Shown here: positions 54,727-64,000 of the stretch, piece after piece | How the letters are laid out: each line of letters opens with the position of its first letter | Numbering within the stretch: position 1 is the first letter of the stretch | Source: Lingula anatina | Taxonomy: Eukaryota > Animalia > Brachiopoda | Reading direction: 5' to 3' | Assembly: GCA_051362555.1 (NCBI GenBank) | Contig: CM120640.1 | Coordinates: forward strand, 34,739,967 to 34,803,966 | Length of the DNA: 64,000 nt | Program-made: the position numbers and the translations under genes | The notes under the pieces: model-generated | Database searches by the model: none | What the model was told of the DNA's origin: nothing | What the model saw: the letters and a program-made list of their open reading frames with translations, nothing else

Positions 54727-56588
54727 TCACATTAAATCATTGTCTCTTTTGTTGTATAGTTTCATTTGGTTAAATAATCCAGAAAATATTTCTGTAGCAT
54801 AGAGACAATAAAACAGAATTCCATGCCAAGTTTTCCTAACGAGTTAAACTAAACGTTATTACAGACAATATTTCTAAAATACATTTTGCTGATTCCAGAG
54901 ACGGAAGCAATGCGGAAGTTTTGGAAATCGCTGAAAGGATTTAATCTGAAAGGGCGCGATCTCCAGCTGGACATCGTCCCTCGCTACGAGACACCACATT
55001 TCCCTGCCTCGCCTGGGCCGCGTTTCTCCAGTTACATTACTACTTACGATCTCCTAGGCCCAACGCCGGCAGAGGGGAGAGCTCAGTCTGCACTATATCG
55101 CAGGTATAGTATAGTTTATTGCCGAATCAACTTGACATAGGCATATAACCAGAAAAACAAACATATAACATTTGTGGTAGGTGGAGGTGGCAACCACTGT
55201 TGACATATTGGAGTACCTAAAAAGTGGTGGATGGACAGACTTATATATCTAAAAAAAAAAAAAAGAAAAAAAATTGCAGTGTGACTTTTCTTTATAAGGC
55301 GAGTATTATATAGTAATTATATAGTATACCAATAAACATATATTGTTGGATAAACTCAAAAACTTATGGTGTCCTCTCTAAGCTTGGAGGCAGCACACAG
55401 GAATCTAGCTAAATTTCTTAGGTCAGTAACATTATGTGTACTTAATAGCTGTACTAGTTTGAAAGTAGATGGCCTTCGCCAGTAATACTGTTTGATATAA
55501 ACTCTTCTAAAGTCAGAGTACAATTTACAGATCAAAATAAAATGATACTCATCTTCCACAACATTATCATTTGAACAATACTGACAAATTCTTTGGTTAC
55601 GAAGGATATTACTATATCTACCCTTCTCTATTCTCAAAGGATGGGATGAAGGTAATGTGTCACGCCTGTGTTTTCCAAAAAAAGTAAATCGTTTATATCT
55701 GTGACTTGAACTAAATAACATAAGATTTCATGATACAGATCATGATTTTCAACCAGTCCTTAGTAGTGTTGATCACGCTCACAAATAAGAACATTTTTCC
55801 AAAAGAAATAAGCTCCAAAATATTTTGTAATATGTCCTCTGATTTTTAGAAAAAATATATTATGTTTTATTTCAGAAATATCCAAACACCTGTCACTAAC
55901 ATAGCACGTGACTACAGTCAGTTTACACGCGCCCCCTCTCGGAACCGCAGACCTCACACAACGTTTAGTGAGAGAGACGCACAGAGTCCTTGGTTCAAAG
56001 AAATACGGAAGTGAGTTCACACTAAAAACAATCACTCTTACCGTTTGTCTCATTTTAGTTAAGTTAAAATAACTACAGAATAGTGTAAATGGAATTTTGC
56101 AATATGGGTTTTATTTCTTCCTTTCTTTTTTTATTTATTTTTCTCAAAATGATTTGAATTTACTTGATTTTCGACTTTGTCAGTCTATCCTACACTACAT
56201 AATCTGGCTACCATACAGCATAAGAATGAATGGAGTCATCATTTATAACAACAATCTTTATTATAGAGATGTCCCAGAGCGTGTAGCGTACACTATGGAC
56301 ATGGATCCCGATTTCGGGAACGATCGTCTAGCCGCTCTACAACTCCCACCAGCCGTGAAAAGCCGGGAAGTCGTGTATTATCCCGCTGAATATAGTGGTC
56401 GCAAAGAATTCCACATTAGTCCCGAATGGAACTCGGAAAGACCGCAGTGGGGCGGTATTGCCAGAGAGGGGCACTATCAGAAACGCAATGAAGGGCATTC
56501 CCAGCCAAGCACTGGGAATTTGTATGGCGCTTACTATGGCACTGTTGGGCCAGAGAGATACGATTTTGCTCAAAATGCTTGGAAGTAG
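52948..56588 (+). CDS. Uncharacterised protein, 4 exons, ~217 aa (gene C)
   Basis: Exons 52948-52974 (MSMIDTTSR, donor GTAAGT; least certain), 54579-54678, 54899-55103, 56267-56588. Junctions are canonical, phases 0/1/2 join without stops, and exons are GC-richer than flanks. The product is Pro/Tyr/Arg/Gly-rich with no domain recognised. Confidence 0.7.
53298..53392. repeat. Exact 43-bp direct duplication (period 52)
   Basis: CTCAATTATGGGTTCTTTGCAGTGTGCGACTTTTGGTGAATTT at 53298-53340 and 53350-53392. Confidence 0.9.
54680..54725. repeat. (ATTT)n microsatellite starting at the donor of gene C exon 2
   Basis: Pure TATT run immediately after the GT donor. Confidence 0.9.
55356..55655 (-). mobile_element. 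5'-truncated non-LTR retrotransposon (LINE) fragment, ORF2 C-terminal Cys/His motif
   Basis: SSHPLRIEKGRY...RICQYC...VEDEYHFILICKLY is the typical C-terminal CCHC region following LINE reverse transcriptase; antisense in intron 3 of gene C. Confidence 0.8.
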
Positions 56589-58277
56589 TTAGGAATTAAC
56601 ATATGTTATGACGGATACATTATTTCTGGACACGTCTTATGACATTTCTGCCAAAGTCATTTATAAGACGTTTTCCATTATTTATTTATTTAATTAATTA
56701 TTTATTTATGTATATTTGTAAACATGTTCAAGTGTCTACGTGCAAAGAATGTTTGCGAAGGTGATAAAATGTTATTCTACGCAGAGATAGAGAGAATTCT
56801 ATATAGTATGTATGAAGTATTTTTTACAGTATTAATTCAAATTTTTATATGACATTGGATAAATCATTAATGTGTTTTATTGATACAAAAACGCATTCCA
56901 CCACATTGATTATTTTAATATTTGTTTGCGTATTTGATGATAAGGTATATATAATGTGATATTGTTGTTGTTGATATTATTGCTATTTATATTTGGGCTA
57001 TTTATAACTTGTTGTTTAGTTTTAATCTCCATTGTGTAGTTGGCATTTAATTCAGGTAATCTTGGTTGGCCTCAGGACATTTAAGAAAGGGGGACAAAAT
57101 AATTTTTTACCACCATCCCTGTATTGATATGTAACGAGAAGTGTATCATTCAGTGGAGATCTGTATGTTTTTGTCAGTCTGTGTTTATTTGTAGCTAATT
57201 CCATTTTAGATCGAGTACAGCAAAGGTATGTCAATCGTAGCTTGTAGTGGGGTAGGGACCGGCATTAGAATATTGGAATAAAAATTGTGCAATTTAGCGC
57301 AGTTTAGCTAGTAATTGGAACCTGCTTTTTTAGGCTCCACTGACATTTTTTCTTTGTTCTGTGAGACCATTTTTTTTTTTTCTGATTCATTAATAATTTA
57401 TTTCATTTACGACTGTAACATTTTTCTATATGAATAAAGGATGATAATCTATTGATTTATTAATCTTTCCTTTTTATTTAATTTAAATTCGTAAGGGCTT
57501 TAATGAAATATTAAAACGGAAGGGTAATTTAGGGCGTACGAGCCGGGGGATGTTAACTATAGTGCCTTCCCCCCACCTACGCTTCTGACTCATTTTTTTT
57601 TAAATCACGTATCGGACTTTAAAAGCGCAAGAAGCAGGGTGCTAAGGGATCCTGTCCATATCTCTCTCTGCGGTTTGTCTCTCTGTTGTTCATTGGGTTC
57701 ATTCAGAACGTTGGCAGTCATGGTTCTCCATAGTTCTCTTCCTTTGGCATTTCTGATCAACTCTTTGTTTTGAACTCAGTTTGTTTTTTTTTAACGTTTT
57801 AAAAACCATCTACCGGGTTATTGATTGAGGTTCTTTGTGAATCCCCACTTAATATGTAAGCTTGACATATACTTTTAAGTATTGCTTTAAAAGAAATAGG
57901 TTGAAGTTTACGTCGCAAGTAAATACCTCAACCAACTGATAACCAACTTCAGTTGCACGATTTTGCTGTCATCTGACCTCCTCCCTCCGTCGATATTTCT
58001 ATTGGTTAAGTCTCCATTAAAAATGCTTCTTTCGCGCTTAAATGTAACGTACAATGTTATTTTGTGAAGAGGAATTTTTTTCTTATACATCATAGAAATG
58101 CTATAAACGTTTGCACTTATAATAAACCCATTCAAAATTGATGCAAAGCGTTGTAAATCAGAGTAGCCTCTTTAAACGATCTTGTATCCAAACAATACAA
58201 GGGTTTTAAAAAACGAGGCTCTTCGTAGGAGAGTAACACTTGACTTCTCAAGGTCGTTGCGCATGCGGTTATCTGTA

Positions 58278-58310
58278 CACGTGGGGAAAGCATTGCTGAA
58301 TACGGTAAGC
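58278..58310 (+). promoter_or_regulatory. E-box CACGTG and strong donor of a probable first non-coding exon of PUM3
   Basis: CACGTG at 58278-58283 and donor G|GTAAGC at 58304/58305, in a CpG-containing patch upstream of CpG-poor gene-body sequence. TSS-proximal E-boxes typify Myc-regulated ribosome biogenesis genes. Confidence 0.45.
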
Positions 58311-59467
58311 TGGTATAATAAATGTAAACGGTAGTATACAGATATATTTTCATTTTAAATTAATGAATATAAAAGGTATATTTAAGATGCTCTATGTTGC
58401 GGATAATTGTGTGAAGTTGGATGTTAAGGAAGACCATAATTTCAACAACCGATTGTAGAAAATCCGATGCATGTACACCAAGTACTGGTACCAAGTGCCA
58501 CTTTTCAAATGCAGGCAACAAGGCCACGCAAAGCCAACGTATTTTAATGTCCAAATTACCCTGTGGTGTGAAATATTCTAAAGTATTGTGATTGTTCAGA
58601 GAGGAAGTGTTTCAATTGACAGATGTCCAGACCCCCCCCCCCCCCCCCGCCGTCCACCACCTTGCATCTTAATTCTTAATCCAAATTACTGAAAGTAGTT
58701 AAGAATGGAAATTACAAGTGTTAAATTTATATAATGAACTTGTAATGTAAGTTGTAACAATATTGTAGTTTGTTTGGTACTAGTAAATGGCTACCTTATA
58801 TTTTGAGTGTGCTGTGGTTTCACATATTTAAAGGAAACCTATATTAAGTTTGTATGATGAATGTTGATCGAACATAATAACCCTAAAGTAAATTTAGAGG
58901 TGTTAGATCGTTATAATTCTTAATGTAAACAGGACACAAATGTAGTGTAAATTTAAATTATTAAACATACCTCTCACATGCAGCTGTTTTCCTCTTTCAT
59001 AATAAACTCAATCCTCTTAACACTAAATAGATTAATTTGAAACACATGCGGTAATGCTATAACAACCATATGGACAAATAGTGCATTTCTCTTGATAAAA
59101 GGAATTTATCAGACCTTTCTTCTCTACTGAAGGTTGCAAGATAGTTCTGTGGTGGCGGAAAGGTGATATCTTAAAGAGACAGTCTGTCATGTCTCCTTTG
59201 TTCAGCCTCACATTTGGCAGGTGCCCCTTTTCACCAATGTGTATAATTTGGGCATCAGTGTAACTCCTATTATAACACTGCAGAGGGTAGTAGCTGATAT
59301 GCAGGGTGCAGAAATAATGAAACAGATTTTCCTAATATGCACTGGGTTTAGTTAAGACAGTAACTACATATCTACATGTCAACATTTTAGTAATATCAAT
59401 CAATGCTGTGTTATATTATATGTTCTAATATTAATATTTCAGATATGCTTAATTTTCTCTTTAATAG

Positions 59468-62400
59468 ATGGAAGAAATTAGTTCCATTGCAGTAGTGAGT
59501 CCCAGCATACTTGAAGGCAAGAAGAAAAAACTAAAAGGAACCCCAAAAAGTATCAAGAAACAGAAAGCACAGGATGTTGAAGTCAGAGAGACGCCAGAAG
59601 GAGATATTACAAGAAAGAAAAGCAAAGGGAATTTGTTTAAGAATACAAACTTTCCAACTGACAATACAGTTACAAAAAGTGGTAAAAAGAAACAGACTAA
59701 ATCACCAGACACTGTCTCAGTAAAAAATAATAAACAGAAACTAAAAGTCACCCCTGAGAAGAGAAAAAGTGATACAAGTTATGATGGTGATGATGATGGG
59801 AGTACAAAAAGTACCCCAAAGAGGGTGAAATTCACCCCAGGGAAGCACAGTACCCCACAGGAGACCCCCAATGATGTGACAAAATCAACACAAAAATCTG
59901 TTAAACAAAAAAGGACTAAAAAGAAAGCCAATGTCAGTTTAAAAAGTGAGAAGACTGGCGACGGTAGTAGCACTGTATCAGAGCCCTCTGGTGTGAATAC
60001 ATGGGCCGAGGCTCTTGAAAAGGCACAGAATCAAGAGACTGATGTCAGTTGGGAGCAGGCTGTGGCTAAAGCTAGGGGGAAACCTGATGGGGTAGGGGAA
60101 GGAGAGGCAGAGAAAGTTGGTGCTGGGAAGAGCAATAGCAGAGAAAATGTCTCGGAGAAAGGGCAGAAGAAGGTTGCATTTGAGAAGAAAAGTAAAAAGG
60201 AATTTGGAAGCAAGGTGAGTTGACCCCCCCCCCCCTTCCTTTAAAAGAAACTTACCAATACACACATAATTTGTATGTATTTTTTATGTGGTGTGCTATT
60301 TACAAAGCAGAACATTTGTCTGTGGCATGTACATGTGCAAGCATGCATGCACGCTATGTTCTCTTATGCATTGTCTTTTGTTTTAAGCAGGTGATGAAAC
60401 TTGCAGGCAAGACACTCAAGACACTGACTGGTAAAGCAGCAAAAGAAAAAGAAAACAAAAATTCTAATAAAAGAAAAAGGGAAACTGATGCAGCTGGGAA
60501 AAAGGAAGATGGTAACTTTTTAAACAGTTTTTATATCAAGTTAAAGGGATAGTGTATGTAAAGAAGCAAATTTTGATTTTGTGGTGGCAAAATCTTTCTG
60601 GCAGATAAACAGATGAGCATTAGAAATTCTGACTGCAATTGTAAAAAAGAGAAAAAAACCCTGAAGAATGAAGTCCGAGGTCATAGACATAGCCCTATAA
60701 TGTTGAGACATGGTAATGAATAATTTTGACTAACAACTACAGGTGAGCCAATAAAAAGATTTACTTTCTTTGTATGTACAAAATCTTACAAAACATACAA
60801 AAACAGGAGTGGCTCTTGTTAACTTGCAAATTTTAGGTGTAACTTACTTCATTTCAGATAAGACAAAGAAGCCCAAACTGGAGGAAATGTCAAAGAAAGA
60901 TAGAAAGAAAGTAAGGAAAATGCAACGGACAAATTTTGAAGTTATTCAGCAGACCAAAAAGATATGGGAGTCCTTAAGAAGGTATTGAAAAAGTGTTGAA
61001 TTGGATCCATTGAATTGTAATTTGTCTTATTATTTTAATCATGTTAAGGCATCAGTAAAAACATTTTTTGGGGGGTACTTCTTTCTTTAAAAAATTGTGC
61101 AATTTTATTATGAGCAGTCTGACAGGCAAAAGACACTAAAGGGGCCCGCACATGGTGAGCATTTGGCGCGCGCCACTTGCGCTGCGGCAGATGCTCGCAC
61201 CCTCAGCTCCCCACAAACGATGCGCTCTTTGCTCAGCAGAGATGCCTCCCGGCCTGCCCCTATCAGACGCACCGCGAACTCTGGGATCATGTGATTAAGG
61301 AAACATTACATATTTATTTTTTTTCTGAAAGTAATGGCAAATGGTGACCACGTTAATCATTCAGACTAACTATAACTGTGTACATTTTTGTTTACTTCAC
61401 TGGGGGCTGCCATTTTTCTTTGTTTCCGGCTACCGGCACATGCGCATTGTTGGCATGGCGTGAGCAATCGGCGCTTGCACCCTGCACACGCTGAGACATT
61501 TGCCTCAAGAGACCAAAAAAATCAAACACGTGAGAAATTTTGCTCAGCCGCGCGAGAGGCAAAAATCTCACCAAAATACCCCCGCACACGATGAGAAAAC
61601 GGCGCAGCGCAAGTGGCGCGCGCCAAATGCTCACGTGTGCGGGCCCCTTAAGATTTACGTTTGTTCCTCACTGCTCATTTTTGTTGTAGACATGATTTGA
61701 AAGCTGAAGAAAAAACAAAGTTGTGTCAAGAGCTGATGACTATGGTGCGGGGAAAGGTCAAAGAGGTTAGTATATAACAGATATATGTTATAGTTGTATT
61801 TTGCTCGGTTATATCATATTTAATGATGTTAAACTGTTGACTACCAAGATGTTTAAGAAAGAATTACTGTGATTTGATTTTACATTATATATTTCCTAGA
61901 ATCTAGAGTCATTGCATTTTGGAGTTCCCACCTCACATTTGTCTCAGTGATGACCCGATGACGAGACTGACAGCCAGTAAGAACAGTTGATGACTCACTT
62001 TTCTTGACACGTTTTGTGTGAGTTTTGTGATAGTCTACTGTGTCTCTCTGGTGACTAGTGAAGACAAATCGAGGCATTTGTCTGAGAGGCAAAAGATTCT
62101 GAAATAAGTATTCTGAAAACTAAATGCATTGAGTGTAGAGTTCTTATTTATAAAACTTTTTTGTGCAATACATTTTTGTACAACATTTAAGATGAAGTGA
62201 CATATTCTATTATAGCTGGTGTTTGCGCATGATACTGCCAGAGTGATTCAGTGTCTCATGAAGAATGGCAGCCAGGAACAAAGAACTGAATTATTTGAAG
62301 AGCTGAAAGGTAAGACCCCATTTCCAGAGATCAGATCGATTTACTTTAGATCAACCTAACTCCCTGGGGGTTCACGCTAAATAGCTGTCAGCCGAGCGGA

Positions 62401-63753
62401 CATGAAAGTTAATTACCCCCTTACAGCTTGTAGTAGGCGGGATGGACATTTAAGCCGGATTATCTGACCGTAATCTAGTGAGACTCCCCGCAGGGAAAGT
62501 TCGATCTAAAAGCTCTGGGAATACAGCCTAAGTTTTTGAAAAGACTGTTCATCCCACTTGCAGTAAATATCAAGGACTGTTTAGTAGAATGTTTAAGGCT
62601 TCATTCACATGCAATGTCTATTTTCTAAATTCTATTTTCTATTCGCGGTATGTCTTATGATCACGGTCTGTGCCCTGAATATCCCGCGGCGTAATTACTG
62701 GCAATCGCGAGCCAGTTACTATAAGTTACTATAAGTAACTGGCTCGCGCTGCCAGTAATTACGCAGTGGGATTTTCAGGGCACAGACCGTGATCATAAGA
62801 TAGCGCGAATAGTAAATAGATTTTTAGAAAATAGACATTCCATGTGAACGAAGCCTTAGTATTTTGTTCTGCATCTCATGAAGAATGTTTGAATTCCTCA
62901 TTTAGTCAGTGTTTTATATTTTTTGTGATGCCTACACCTGACTTTTACTTACAGATGATTTAGTGGAACTTTGTAAAACCAAATACTCCAGCTTCTTTGT
63001 AAAGAAGGTTTTGAAATATGGGTGAGTGTTTGAGAAATGAAAGATGTTTGATACCTTTAAAAGCATTTGTTAAAAAAAGAGTTGTAGTTAAGTAACAAAG
63101 AGTTATAGTAACGTAAAATTATTCATTGATCAAGCTTTTTAAATGGTAAATGCATTTCTGAAACATATGATACTTTCACATTTATTTTAACATTCAAACT
63201 GTTTCGTCTTTGCATGTTATGCTATCATTGACATTTGAAATGAGTTTTTTTATACTTTAAAGCTTTCAAGGTTGGTGCCATTTGTAGAATTATTTACTTC
63301 ATTTTTTTTTTGTTACAGAACTAAAGCCCAGAAAAATGCAGTGTTTAAAGCCTTTCATGGAAATGTTAGGAAGATAGTGAGACACACTGTATGTCAAATA
63401 TTCTAAAACTATTGTCCTTTAGTAATGATAGATATTGATAAGTACTGGTTTCTTCAGATAGATATTGTCCTAAAAGCCATGGAGACATGACTAAGGAGTG
63501 AACAGAAGAAAAAAGTAGGCCCACTCCCAAATTAGGTTCAGATATATAAGACTTTTATAAAGACTTGAATGTTGCATATAGTATTTATTAATTTTTATAA
63601 GTTTATTAGGCAAGCTGTAATACTAGCACCATTGTTTTATGTTTATAGGTGGCAGCAGCTGTACTGGAATATGGTTATAATGAATATGCTACAGCAGCTC
63701 AGAGATCCGCTCTGATGGAAGAGTTTTATGGTCCAAGCTTTGCCTTGTTCAAG
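59468..63753 (+). CDS. PUM3: Pumilio homolog 3 (Puf-A/Puf6 family), 3'-partial, continues beyond window
   Basis: Exons 59468-60214, 60391-60511, 60858-60981, 61690-61765, 62216-62309, 62955-63021, 63319-63388, 63649-63753, phase-consistent. Family signatures KKIWESLRR, LVFAHDTARVIQC, KYSSFFVKKVLKYG, QRSALMEEFYG follow a long Lys-rich N-terminus. The ATG sits directly after an acceptor, so an upstream coding exon is possible. Confidence 0.92.
61141..61647. mobile_element. MITE with ~45-bp terminal inverted repeats (PIF/Harbinger-like) in PUM3 intron
   Basis: GGGGCCCGCACATGGTGAGCATTTGGCGCGCGCCACTTGCGCTGCG ... CGCAGCGCAAGTGGCGCGCGCCAAATGCTCACGTGTGCGGGCCCC; flanks TAAA / TTAA; no transposase ORF. 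Confidence 0.82.
61938..62093 (+). ncRNA. SNORD15: Box C/D snoRNA U15 (SNORD15)-type, intronic in PUM3
   Basis: Terminal stem TTTGTCTC/GAGGCAAA; C box GTGATGA 61947-61953; GATGACGAG-A-CTGA (D' 61967-61970); CGAGGCATTTG-T-CTGA (D 62082-62085). Both guides are complementary to the conserved 28S sequence CAAATGCCTCGTCATC. The two motifs and ~150-nt length match vertebrate U15 as recalled. Confidence 0.88.
62314..62529. mobile_element. Degenerate MITE-like element immediately after a PUM3 splice donor
   Basis: Left ATTTCCAGAGATCAGATCGA is an imperfect inverted match to right TCGATCTAAAAGCTCTGGGAATACAGCC. Confidence 0.4.
62594..62858. mobile_element. Fully palindromic MITE (long hairpin) in PUM3 intron
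   Basis: TAAGGCTTCATTCACATG...GCGAGCCAGTTACT pairs with AGTAACTGGCTCGC...CATGTGAACGAAGCCTTA across ~125-bp arms with a very short AT loop near 62720-62732. Confidence 0.85.
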
Positions 63754-64000
63754 GTAAGATGTCTTCATGCATTGCTATTTCCATTTAACTTAAGGTAGTC
63801 CTCTCATATTAGCTTTTTTTGCGATCTGCGCAGGTTTCGCGCATGAGTAGTTTTTTGAGATAGCGGCTAATTATGAAAATAAGACATGCAATAAAATACG
63901 TAATTCATCTTTTTAAGAAATCTGTATGAAATCTTTGATGTTATTTTGGTCGAAGCGCTACGAATATGTCAACTATGCGTTGCGTATGAGTGAACGCTTG

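Noticed and set aside
59110-59380. Possible H/ACA snoRNA(s) in the intron upstream of the first called PUM3 coding exon
   Set aside because: Some hairpin potential and ACA triplets, but H box placement and rRNA target could not be established by eye; needs snoReport/Infernal.

Overview
AT-rich, intron-containing animal genomic DNA, probably a marine invertebrate such as a mollusc (inferred from repeat and gene content only). Five spliced genes were assembled by hand from GT..AG junctions with consistent phase. (1) An NWD1/NWD2-family NACHT-WD40 protein (+, 4606-13694, 7 exons, ~1744 aa) ending in a CaaX box. (2,3) A divergent head-to-head pair of paralogues, each fusing a dynamin/mitofusin-like GTPase, helical stalk, hydrophobic hairpin and C-terminal protein-kinase fold. 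The minus-strand copy (33430-43006) keeps kinase catalytic motifs; the plus-strand copy (45294-51424) looks like a pseudokinase. (4) An uncharacterised ~217-aa gene (52948-56588) with an X-box-like upstream motif. (5) PUM3/Puf6, running off the right edge. RNA genes are an intronic tRNA-Ser(GCT) and an intronic U15/SNORD15-type C/D snoRNA in PUM3. Several MITE/foldback elements, a LINE 3' fragment and microsatellites are present. The best candidate for an undescribed system is the paired GTPase-kinase/GTPase-pseudokinase locus; its function is inference only.
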